Shown here: piece by piece, positions 49,091-57,370 of the stretch
Layout: every line of letters starts with the position of its first letter
Position numbering within the stretch: position 1 is the first letter of the stretch
Virus record (IMG/VR): IMGVR_UViG_3300030106_005509
Span: 72,412 to 136,411 of that record
DNA length: 64,000 nucleotides
Origin: a virus
Strand: one strand, 5' to 3'
The notes under the pieces: model-generated
Databases searched by the model: none
What the model saw: the letters and a program-made list of their open reading frames with translations, nothing else
What the model was told of the DNA's origin: nothing
Translations under genes and position numbers: made by a program

Positions 49091-50328
49091 TATTTCCAAC
49101 CTTCTAATATAAATCTAAGTGAGTTTCTACCTAGTAAGTTTGTTATTGTGCCATCTGAATACTTGTCTGTATTTATAGATGACTTTAGTGATTTAAGATA
49201 CCTAGTCAATCTAGGAAGCTCTGATATGTCTGTGATTTCATCTGGAGGGTCAGTAAAACCATCGAAGTCTGTGCCTATCGCAAGAACCTGATCTCCAGCT
49301 ATGTTTATTATATGATCTATTGTTTTCTCTATATACTTTAAACCTAGAGAGGAATCTATTGGACTTAGCCAGTAGTTCATAAAAATTATACCTATAAGGC
49401 AATTATGGTCAGCCAGCCATTCTATCTCCCAATCCTCTAGATTTAGCGGATCTGGATTAACACCAAAAGCTCCAATGTGACTGGCAATAACTTTTGAAAG
49501 GTCGTCACCTACAATTTTATACACTTGCTGTCTAGCTTTAGGAGTGCAATGTGTTATGTCTATAATCATACCCATGTCTTTCATGGCTTGCACAACTTTT
49601 TTGCCAGTTGATGTGAGACCTTTGTTCATATCCCAACCAGCCATTAACTGCTTCCAGTTACTACTTTTAATGCCATACTCTGGGTATGGGAAAACAGGAG
49701 ACACTAAATGATTTGGGTAGAAATGAGCTAGGGTAAGATAAGCGACACCTCTATCGTAAAAGTGTTCAAGGTTTTTTAATATTTCATCTTCAACAAGAGG
49801 TTTTAAGGCAGTAGATTCTTCTACTCTTTTCTTGGCAAGTTCACCATTTAAAGAATGACCACCCTCTACAGAATGAATCATTGCTATTTCGTGGTCTACT
49901 ATACACTCTTCAAGCTCTTGGATGTTCTTTACAAATCTAAACTTTTTGCTTGGCTCCGATTCGTTATACTTTTCGACCTCTGCCTCCATACGATCCATCA
50001 TAGCGTTGGTTGCGTCAAAGTAAGTTGGCTTGAAGACTCTTTCATTTACAGAAGGGTAGAGCCATTTTAGAAACTTGATTAGTTTTTGATCGTCAACCCA
50101 CTCTATTTCGGGAATGTAAGAAGTCGAAAGAACCACATTCAAACCACCTTCTTCCATTTTAGGGAGGGTGTTTCTTTCGCTGAGAGGCCAGAAAGCTCTT
50201 TTGTACAGCTTAGTTAAGAACCTAGAGTCTTTGCCATCAAGAGAGCGGTCAAATAGAAAGTTCTTGAGAGTTCCGTGATTGTGCCAGTCAAATATTAAGG
50301 ACTGTTTATGTAAGTCTTCCCAGCTCAT
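49090..50328 (-). CDS. membrane dipeptidase (peptidase M19)
   Basis: D.H.H, SVEGGH, TLAH, IDITH, ASH, IGTDFDG. Confidence 0.85.
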   Translation of the reverse strand: MSWEDLHKQSLIFDWHNHGTLKNFLFDRSLDGKDSRFLTKLYKRAFWPLSERNTLPKMEEGGLNVVLSTSYIPEIEWVDDQKLIKFLKWLYPSVNERVFKPTYFDATNAMMDRMEAEVEKYNESEPSKKFRFVKNIQELEECIVDHEIAMIHSVEGGHSLNGELAKKRVEESTALKPLVEDEILKNLEHFYDRGVAYLTLAHFYPNHLVSPVFPYPEYGIKSSNWKQLMAGWDMNKGLTSTGKKVVQAMKDMGMIIDITHCTPKARQQVYKIVGDDLSKVIASHIGAFGVNPDPLNLEDWEIEWLADHNCLIGIIFMNYWLSPIDSSLGLKYIEKTIDHIINIAGDQVLAIGTDFDGFTDPPDEITDISELPRLTRYLKSLKSSINTDKYSDGTITNLLGRNSLRFILEGWK

Positions 50329-50712
50329 TTAATTAACCCCGCTACCCACGACAAAAATTGGCGAATCAAATTCTTGATAGAATCGAGGAAAGGGCATGAC
50401 GGACACCTTCAAGTCCGTTGGCTTTTCTTTCACAGAAATACTTTCTAACTGTATAACATTAGATGTTGTAATCTCTGAAGAAAAATTGTCAGTTTTAGCT
50501 TCAACAGTAAAATAAACTCTTGTCTGTTCTTCTAAAAGATTTCCTTTGCCGTCCCAAGCGGGTATAAAAAATTCATGCTCTCTTGTCCAGCGGTCAAAGA
50601 CTCTTTGCTCTTTTAGTGAGCCGTTGACATAAATTTTTAATTCCTGACTGGTCACATTTAAGTCTGGGTTTATGATCGGTTCCCACTCAGCTTTAATTTT
50701 TGGGTATTTCAT
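50329..50712 (-). CDS. hypothetical beta-rich protein (FN3/Ig-like?)
   Basis: W.P...V......V pattern; coupled ORF. Confidence 0.4.
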   Translation of the reverse strand: MKYPKIKAEWEPIINPDLNVTSQELKIYVNGSLKEQRVFDRWTREHEFFIPAWDGKGNLLEEQTRVYFTVEAKTDNFSSEITTSNVIQLESISVKEKPTDLKVSVMPFPRFYQEFDSPIFVVGSGVN

Positions 50713-51248
50713 TCTCTTCGCTCCATGAATTTGTGTCTGAAATCTTGTTTTAGTATCTTCAGATGTTTACGTTCAACATCATGGTCTGTATGAGTTGTCT
50801 TCATGCTTCCACATATAACTCGTAGATATGTATCGCTATTCATATCGTAAAAAGTAAAATGCCACTTTCCATTTATTAGATTCCATCTTACGTTTTGTTT
50901 ATTACTCCATCCAATCTTTAAAGTAATATAGTCTCTTATTACAAAGGCCGAAGTCATCCTGTATTCGTCAGTTGGCTTGCCTTCTATATCCATGACTGGA
51001 AGTAAAACTTCTTCTCTAAAAGACCAGAAAATGGCCTGCTTCATATAGCAGACCACTCTCTGTTCTATTTCGTCATATCTGTAGACATGGTTGATTTCTA
51101 CATAATCGCAGTATTCAACAACTTCTACTTCATAATTATCCGGTGCAGACAGTGCAGTCACATGCATCAACACAGACACAATCACCGCCGTCAACATCAC
51201 ATTCGCAACCTTCATCGCAATCGCAACTTTCTGGAATATTAACTTCAA
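50709..51248 (-). CDS. hypothetical exported protein; start lies inside the upstream ORF
   Basis: Hydrophobic N-terminus, then D.VEINH.Y...Q.IFW...T.T..D.E; exact start uncertain. Confidence 0.55.
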   Translation of the reverse strand: MKLIFQKVAIAMKVANVMLTAVIVSVLMHVTALSAPDNYEVEVVEYCDYVEINHVYRYDEIEQRVVCYMKQAIFWSFREEVLLPVMDIEGKPTDEYRMTSAFVIRDYITLKIGWSNKQNVRWNLINGKWHFTFYDMNSDTYLRVICGSMKTTHTDHDVERKHLKILKQDFRHKFMERRE

Positions 51249-51372
51249 TGGGATTAGATCCCGGAACGTCTATAATAATTCCATCAAGTCCTCCGTTTTG
51301 CCATATGGCTGCAAGCAAAGCAATAAGTATTGATACTATTGCCAAACTTTTTTTACTCTTTACAGCCTTCAT
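51136..51372 (-). CDS. membrane-anchored protein with a Cys-rich metallothionein-like tail
   Basis: TM helix followed by CDCDEGCECDVDGGDCVCVDACDCTVC; ATGA-coupled start. Confidence 0.55.
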   Translation of the reverse strand: MKAVKSKKSLAIVSILIALLAAIWQNGGLDGIIIDVPGSNPIEVNIPESCDCDEGCECDVDGGDCVCVDACDCTVCTG

Positions 51373-51713
51373 TGCTTTTCTCCGATCTTATTTAGTGTCA
51401 TATTTATTTTGTCCAGAGTATCACTTACTCTTTGCATTCTTTGTGCTTCAATCTCATTCTTCGCATCATAACGATCCTGTAAGTCATCTAATATCTTTTC
51501 GTAATGATCTCTTTGGTTTTTAAAGTCACTACTAAAAGTTTCTTGCATGACAGAGATTTGTTTCTGATGTGAAGGAAATATAACTTTGGTTGTATACCAT
51601 AAGTACCATCCCAATAGTCCTGTAGCCGATATAGTTCCCCAATCAAATGCAAAAGGCATGTTATCGCCAGCTGCAACTAAAAAGGGCGGCAAAAAAGCTA
51701 ACAGGGTTTTCAT
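51369..51713 (-). CDS. membrane protein with coiled-coil C-terminus (holin-like?)
   Basis: ATGLLGWYLWY TM segment; GGAG upstream of MKTLL. Confidence 0.5.
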   Translation of the reverse strand: MKTLLAFLPPFLVAAGDNMPFAFDWGTISATGLLGWYLWYTTKVIFPSHQKQISVMQETFSSDFKNQRDHYEKILDDLQDRYDAKNEIEAQRMQRVSDTLDKINMTLNKIGEKQ

Positions 51714-51734
51714 AATGCAATACTCCATAATATA

Positions 51735-51764
51735 GGGGGCATGGGGCATTTACCCCACACCCCC
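51735..51764 (-). terminator. GC-rich hairpin, probable terminator or processing site
   Basis: GGGGGUGUGGGGU-AAAU-GCCCCAUGCCCCC (13 bp including G-U pairs; folds fully only on the minus strand); weak U tract. Confidence 0.55.
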
Positions 51765-51781
51765 AACTATTACTAGACTCA

Positions 51782-52447
51782 CTAGCCGGTTATGTCACTG
51801 TAATCTTTCATGTTGTTTGTGTAAGTCACAAAGTCAACGAGATATACAAGTTCACCCGGTACAGATCTTGATGGTCTTGCTGCATCATCTGGGCTATCAG
51901 CTTTCGAGTTGTCGATACTGTTGTGGTTGTATCGTGTTCCTCTGTTTGTGATGCCAGACTTAGCTGCTCCACCACTTGTCAACAGACCTCCACCAAAGAT
52001 ATCAAATATGGCAGTAGCCCATGTACCTTTTTGGCGTGTACGTTCTGTGAAGTGAAGATTTCCAGCGCGTCTTGCTGTAGTATCACTACCCGGAATGGAA
52101 AGAATTCCACCAGTAGAAGCAATACCACTGATTAAAGTTGGAGAACCACCTCTAATCAAGAACCCTGTATCTGTTGAAGATCTAGTAACTGCTCTTCCAT
52201 TTGGATTGTAAGCTAGTGTCCCACCAGATCTTGCTGTTGTGATTCCGATTTCATTGGCAGTACCAGTATTGGCTTTAACCATTGAACCGTAATCTTTAGC
52301 ACCTTTGATAGTATCAATGATGCTTTTAGTTGTGTGACGAGAACTACCGATGTTACCACCGTTCATAACTACGCCACCGTCGTTGTCTGCTATACCATCG
52401 GAAGTTGAACTTTCGCTGATATAATACTTATGAGTGCTTGTTGCCAT
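51782..52447 (-). CDS. Gly/Ser/Thr-rich protein, probable virion structural protein
   Basis: Composition; has its own promoter motif upstream and a hairpin downstream; C-terminal AA.P.R.VPGELVY. Confidence 0.45.
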   Translation of the reverse strand: MATSTHKYYISESSTSDGIADNDGGVVMNGGNIGSSRHTTKSIIDTIKGAKDYGSMVKANTGTANEIGITTARSGGTLAYNPNGRAVTRSSTDTGFLIRGGSPTLISGIASTGGILSIPGSDTTARRAGNLHFTERTRQKGTWATAIFDIFGGGLLTSGGAAKSGITNRGTRYNHNSIDNSKADSPDDAARPSRSVPGELVYLVDFVTYTNNMKDYSDITG

Positions 52448-52519
52448 TTCTTTTTCTCTCTATAAAACATGGCTTGCACTTGTCCTATTCTTCCTAGAAT
52501 AAAAGTCTTTTCCCAATAT

Positions 52520-52528
52520 ATTATACAC
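52520..52528 (-). promoter_or_regulatory. GTGTATAAT promoter motif overlapping a stop codon
   Basis: Overlaps GGT GTA TAA at the end of the deoC-like gene. Confidence 0.55.
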
Positions 52529-53165
52529 CACTTGACAATATATTTTCCGCTATGACTGGCGATGTGAATCTAAAGGCTTCTATGCCTATGTCTTCAAATA
52601 TTTTGTAGTATTTGTCTGTGATACGATTTGAGCATGATATTACAGATAATGAAGTGTTTTTCTGTATAGAATGACATATTATTGCATTGTCATTTGGGTC
52701 GTCTATTATAGAACCTGTAGAGTTTATCAGTGTATAGATGCCGTTTTTTTCTAAAATCTCACATGCTGTTAATATTGTCTTTGGTTCAAACAGCCTGTAC
52801 TCAATTATAGGTCTAAGGGAAACTTCATTCTCCTTGCAGACAGCATTGCAAGCCTTCAAGTCTTCTGACACCTTTTTCCAGTTTCCCTCTTTTAAATAAC
52901 CAGAATGTAAAACCAAGTCTATGGCTCTTGCGCCAGATCTTATTGATAAAATTATTTCGTGCAGTCTAACTTGAGTGGTGCTTATTCCGTATGGAAAGTC
53001 AACTACGGCTGAGAACTCCTGATGCTCTATGAAGTCTTGAACGCGATTTAGAAAGCCAGACGGAAGTGCCACAAATTTTGCACCAGATTGCGAGGATATA
53101 AATATAGTCCTCATTAGATCCTCAAACGTAGAATCCTGACTGTAACAGGCTATCTCGGTAAACAT
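52521..53165 (-). CDS. DeoC (deoxyribose-phosphate aldolase)-fold protein lacking the catalytic lysines
   Basis: VVDFPYG and GA..IDLV retained; LRPIIE and LINSTG replace LKVIIE and FVKTSTG. Confidence 0.7.
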   Translation of the reverse strand: MFTEIACYSQDSTFEDLMRTIFISSQSGAKFVALPSGFLNRVQDFIEHQEFSAVVDFPYGISTTQVRLHEIILSIRSGARAIDLVLHSGYLKEGNWKKVSEDLKACNAVCKENEVSLRPIIEYRLFEPKTILTACEILEKNGIYTLINSTGSIIDDPNDNAIICHSIQKNTSLSVISCSNRITDKYYKIFEDIGIEAFRFTSPVIAENILSSGV

Positions 53166-53647
53166 TCTTTTAGCTTTTCTAACCCTATGTTTATATATCT
53201 TCTGGCTGTTTCTCTACTGTAATTATTTTTAGAAGCTATTTCCTGCATGGTCATCCTGTCAAAAAATCTTTGCTTAATCACTAACTCATACTTGTTTTCT
53301 ATCTTTGAGAGAGCGTCTTTAATGTGAATTTTCTGGTCTTCGTTTAAAGTTTTGAAATCTTGCACTGGATGGTCAAGAGAGATTGATGACTTTCTTTTCC
53401 GCCTGTTCATCTTTTGTATCTCTCTTTTACATTCCCAGTCTATCCTGTTATACAAAAAAGATGTAAACTTTCTGCCACCATTTGGGTCAAAGGCTTTCAT
53501 AGCCTCCCACAGTGCAATTAGCTTACATCTTTCTATCTCTTCTTTAGGTATCGTATTACGATATCTAGAGCAGACTTTGTTCATTATCCTTATGTTATCG
53601 AGATTGCTATTAGCATCCTCGAATTCATTTTCCGATATTTTTCTCAT
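53150..53647 (-). CDS. sigma-70-family sigma factor (second copy)
   Basis: ALWEAMKAFDP..G.KFTSFLY; region 4 MTMQEIA....SRETARR....LEKLK. Confidence 0.75.
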   Translation of the reverse strand: MRKISENEFEDANSNLDNIRIMNKVCSRYRNTIPKEEIERCKLIALWEAMKAFDPNGGRKFTSFLYNRIDWECKREIQKMNRRKRKSSISLDHPVQDFKTLNEDQKIHIKDALSKIENKYELVIKQRFFDRMTMQEIASKNNYSRETARRYINIGLEKLKECLPR

Positions 53648-53894
53648 TAAAAGCTATCTTCCCTGTAGGATCTTTACCAAAAGATGGGTCAAGTTCTTCG
53701 TTAGCTTTTATCAATAGTTGTAACAAGATAGTATCTCTTTGTCTTGAATCAAAATATAAAGCGTCCATCTTCTCTTCTAGCATATTTAGGTTAGATGTTT
53801 GTTTCTGGACTTTGTCCATTAGAACATAGCATAGGCAGGTTAAAACCAAATTTGCTAATATCGAACCGTAAAACAGTTTCTTTAAAAATTTCAT
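53625..53894 (-). CDS. single-TM coiled-coil membrane protein
   Basis: N-terminal hydrophobic helix. Confidence 0.5.
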   Translation of the reverse strand: MKFLKKLFYGSILANLVLTCLCYVLMDKVQKQTSNLNMLEEKMDALYFDSRQRDTILLQLLIKANEELDPSFGKDPTGKIAFNEKNIGK

Positions 53895-53896
53895 AA

Positions 53897-54559
53897 CTAC
53901 TTTGGCCTAATTTTATCAATGTTTTCATAACCCTTTTCACCAATCACTCCATCCGCAAAACCATAAAACACAGCTTCCTCAGCTGATAAATACCAATCTA
54001 CTTTACTCTTTAATTTCTTAGCTATGTAAGACTTAACCTTGTCTGGGGTTAAAGACTTGTATTGTTTCTTAAAAAACTCTCCAGAAATACACCTGTTAGT
54101 GTAAATATCTAAGAGTCTAGTGTTTAATCTCTTCTCGTTTTCAACAGCAGACACCGCTGCCAAACTATGATTTTCTAAAGACAGCGTTCCAAAGTGAATA
54201 AGAAACTCTGTGTCTGGCATTGTAACTCTCAGATCAGCCGCCTGAATTATTACACTACTCATTGATGATGCAGAAGCGTAAGCTAGAGTTGTTATGTGAG
54301 ACTTAGAGAACTGAATAGAGTTGTAAATTGCCATGCCGTCATGCCAACTACCACCTATTGTGTGCATATGTATGAGAATATTTTTGGAGCTATCAAGGTC
54401 TAATATCCTCAAGTTCTTTACGAAGGTCGTAGCCATTCTGTATTCAACGCCAAGCTCTTCTTCCTCGTTGGAAAAATAGCCGTGAAGAAATAGCTCTCTA
54501 TTAACTTCGTCGAGACCGTATGAATGGATCTCATTTGTTCTTGAGTCTTCTACATTCAT
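53897..54559 (-). CDS. ClpP-like protease
   Basis: T.GGS...GMAIY, ASSM (Ser), LIH (His), DWYLSAEEAV.YG.AD. Confidence 0.85.
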   Translation of the reverse strand: MNVEDSRTNEIHSYGLDEVNRELFLHGYFSNEEEELGVEYRMATTFVKNLRILDLDSSKNILIHMHTIGGSWHDGMAIYNSIQFSKSHITTLAYASASSMSSVIIQAADLRVTMPDTEFLIHFGTLSLENHSLAAVSAVENEKRLNTRLLDIYTNRCISGEFFKKQYKSLTPDKVKSYIAKKLKSKVDWYLSAEEAVFYGFADGVIGEKGYENIDKIRPK

Positions 54560-54561
54560 AG

Positions 54562-55206
54562 TTAGTCTTCATTTTGAAAAATTAAACCGCCAGAAAGCTC
54601 CTTGTCTTTCTCGTACCTTAAAAGTTGATTTAGATAAAACTCGTCATCATCTAGGTTTGTGCTGGCGTATTTTACTTCACCATTGGTTTTTACAAATATA
54701 ACCCAGTGCTTGTCTGTATCTATTGATTCTTTTATAAGCTCAATAGTGTCTTCTGTATACTCATCTAAGTTTAACTTCTGAAGCCCTTGTTTTATTCTAG
54801 AGTCGCAAAGCTGTTTTTCAACCTCGCTTCTAACCTCTCTAAAATTAAAGAGCTTACCTATACCTATAAAAAATCTATACCTTCCAGTGACCTGTAAGAG
54901 TTCAATACCATCTGTCTTCTCTAAGATTTTAGCTACAGTTGGAGTTATATCAAAGTTTGTATACCCCATCCAACACTCAAACTGGTTGAGCAGGCTCATC
55001 TTATCGTGCATCTGTGCAATGCCGGTAGGTGTACTGATAAGTTTGGGGATCTTAGAAAGAAAAAGCAATGCCTCTTCTACTAATTCAGTTTCTTCTTCAT
55101 CTTCATCCGGATTTAATTCATATATAGAGTCAACTATCTCTTCGTATATGATATTATCTTCCCACTTTTCCCAAGCTATTTTTTTGTAGTGCATTATAGG
55201 CTCCAA
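54562..55206 (-). CDS. hypothetical protein
   Basis: W.G.TNFDIT...G.E.L....RY.F.IGIGK.F; start at 55206 or 55194. Confidence 0.55.
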   Translation of the reverse strand: MEPIMHYKKIAWEKWEDNIIYEEIVDSIYELNPDEDEEETELVEEALLFLSKIPKLISTPTGIAQMHDKMSLLNQFECWMGYTNFDITPTVAKILEKTDGIELLQVTGRYRFFIGIGKLFNFREVRSEVEKQLCDSRIKQGLQKLNLDEYTEDTIELIKESIDTDKHWVIFVKTNGEVKYASTNLDDDEFYLNQLLRYEKDKELSGGLIFQNED

Positions 55207-55232
55207 TTTTAAAGAGCTACTTCTTCTTATAA

Positions 55233-55241
55233 ATTATACAC
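55233..55241 (-). promoter_or_regulatory. GTGTATAAT promoter motif
   Basis: Located in a 41-bp intergenic gap. Confidence 0.6.
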
Positions 55242-55247
55242 TATTTT

Positions 55248-55643
55248 CTACATTTTAGTTACGTTTAGAGGGCTAACTAAAGGCTCTTCCTCACGGGTAA
55301 GACTTTCGTGATTCGGAGATTTTAGTGCATCTAGTATCCTCTTTTGCTGTAATTTAGTTATGTAGGCAAGTAATTCTAAAAAATCTGACTTTTGTTTGTC
55401 ACTTTTACAACTTTGACGAACATATTCCAAAGTATCCTCTATCATGTCTCCAGAAGAAATTTTTTCTAACAATTCTCCAAACTGCAAGTGCGCGTCAGCT
55501 TTTGCAGACCAAGAGCAGTCTATCCATATGTAGCCTTCTTTATCTGTATGGAAAGCTAAGCTACAAGTCCTGTCTTCTTCTTTTAAGACAGAACCATCAT
55601 CTTCTTCTTCTTGTGCGGGTTTATTTTTAAAGAAATTAAACAT
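55248..55643 (-). CDS. hypothetical protein
   Basis: Coupled ORF. Confidence 0.5.
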   Translation of the reverse strand: MFNFFKNKPAQEEEDDGSVLKEEDRTCSLAFHTDKEGYIWIDCSWSAKADAHLQFGELLEKISSGDMIEDTLEYVRQSCKSDKQKSDFLELLAYITKLQQKRILDALKSPNHESLTREEEPLVSPLNVTKM

Positions 55644-55644
55644 G

Positions 55645-55860
55645 TTACTCTTCTATGGGGAAATAAAATTCTAGAACTTCGAGCCTATCAACTGCATCTA
55701 CAAGAATATTTAGTGCTTCATCTAGGTTATTGTAAAAATCCTCTGTCGAGTGATCTCCTATACCAACTCCATTTTCTAGAAGCAAGGACAGCGAACCCAA
55801 AGCCTTTTCTTTGTCAGCCTTTGCCTTATTGTGAAGATAGGCTATCATGTTTTCTTTCAT
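55645..55860 (-). CDS. small conserved phage protein
   Basis: N.VGIGDHS motif, which I recall from small phage proteins. Confidence 0.55.
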   Translation of the reverse strand: MKENMIAYLHNKAKADKEKALGSLSLLLENGVGIGDHSTEDFYNNLDEALNILVDAVDRLEVLEFYFPIEE

Positions 55861-56696
55861 TTCATTCTCCTAAATTTCATGGGCATTTCAGTGTGACACC
55901 AATCAACATTCTGAAATCCATATTCCAGACCATGAAGGTCAATAACTTCGTCGTTTAAATATTTGTTGTTTAAGTATTCTTCTGTGTATGGATACATGAG
56001 ACCAGCGACCAGAGGAGGGTCTTGAACACAGTTTGTAGCTATGCTAAACAGACAGCTCTGCTTGCAGGCTACCATATTTTCTTCAGGCACATCTTCCCTG
56101 CTTCTGCCAGCTATGACACCCTCCCATTGACGTAGGTAGTCAAAGGGGTATTTGTTTGTCAGTTCGGCCAGCTGTTTTGTCCTGAACACATGACCATCAA
56201 GAGATATGGGATAGCCGTAGTTCAAAGTGCTATCCCAGTTTTTCCAGTTCCACTTTACAAAGTATGCGTTTTCGCCATAGTCCTCTAGAACGTGTCTTCC
56301 TTCAGGCTTCATGTAATATTGAAGAGTTGTATTTAGACCCATTCTAAAGGAGAAGCAAAACACATCATCCTGAAGTGTGCTTTCTATGTCCTGCGAAGAA
56401 ACAGGAACTCTTTTATAGAAGACGCAATCATCAACTATACCGCAGATAAAATGACTGCCGCATCCATTGATTGCATTTTTAAAGTCCGAGACAAAGTGTT
56501 GTTCTCGCTGCCAAGCTAAGTTAGGCAATATTTCTTCGGATTGTAATTTTCTGTAACCTTCTTCGTATAGAAAATTAGACCCTTTCCAGATTATCAATAT
56601 TTGGCTGAAGATGTTATCAGCGTTAAGTTTTATGCTTTCTAAAAGAAGTCTTAGTTGACATGCTCTGTCCTTTGAGACAATGAGAGCATTTATCAT
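55857..56696 (-). CDS. GT-A-like protein (paralog of 45648..46496)
   Basis: SKDRACQLRLLLESI, VDD, FRMG.NT, YP.SLDGH. Confidence 0.55.
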   Translation of the reverse strand: MINALIVSKDRACQLRLLLESIKLNADNIFSQILIIWKGSNFLYEEGYRKLQSEEILPNLAWQREQHFVSDFKNAINGCGSHFICGIVDDCVFYKRVPVSSQDIESTLQDDVFCFSFRMGLNTTLQYYMKPEGRHVLEDYGENAYFVKWNWKNWDSTLNYGYPISLDGHVFRTKQLAELTNKYPFDYLRQWEGVIAGRSREDVPEENMVACKQSCLFSIATNCVQDPPLVAGLMYPYTEEYLNNKYLNDEVIDLHGLEYGFQNVDWCHTEMPMKFRRMK

Positions 56697-57370
56697 TCTT
56701 TAAGGTTTTCCTTTATATTTTCCCATAGTAATCTACAAACAGTCATGGATGCTTCATTGTCACTAGGATAATGCACTCCTTGCAAAACCCTAGCTTCGCC
56801 ACACATGCCCGCAAGTTTATACCATTGAGTTTTATGTTCAGGGTAAATGTCTGAAAGTATTTCGGCGGTTATAGCACCGTTGTGTTGATGTCCCGAAGGA
56901 TACGAAGGAGTATGGTGCGAATCAGTTTGTAGTGTTGATATAACATAGCCAAGCTCAGGAGCTAATTGGTAAGGTCTAGCCCTGCCGAATTTATACTTTA
57001 GTTTTAAGATCACAGCGTTTGTTTGCTTATGAACTCTTCTTATAAGATCCTCTGGGTAGTAAAGATTGTTATTCTTGCAGTAGTCATGGAAAAGCTGAAA
57101 GGCATCCTCGTCAACCAAAAGAACTAATCGTCTCTGCTCATCTGTGAGATTTTTTGTTTTTCTCTCAATAATCTGCAAATCCATTCTTGTGGAATCGCTA
57201 TCGTTATCTGGCGGAGGAGGAATTAAGTTTTCCCAGTCTACAGTTATGAGATCAAGCTCAACATCCATGTCCTTCTTGATTCTGTCGGCAGGTTCGTCGG
57301 TATATCTTATGGAGTTTATGCTTTGCGCTCTAGCTTTACCGGCTTTTTGTAATGCGTGTTCTTTACTCAT
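56693..57370 (-). CDS. PAP2-superfamily phosphatase
   Basis: K..F.R.RP, PSYPSGH, R...GVHYPSD; start taken at MSKEH. Confidence 0.85.
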   Translation of the reverse strand: MSKEHALQKAGKARAQSINSIRYTDEPADRIKKDMDVELDLITVDWENLIPPPPDNDSDSTRMDLQIIERKTKNLTDEQRRLVLLVDEDAFQLFHDYCKNNNLYYPEDLIRRVHKQTNAVILKLKYKFGRARPYQLAPELGYVISTLQTDSHHTPSYPSGHQHNGAITAEILSDIYPEHKTQWYKLAGMCGEARVLQGVHYPSDNEASMTVCRLLWENIKENLKE

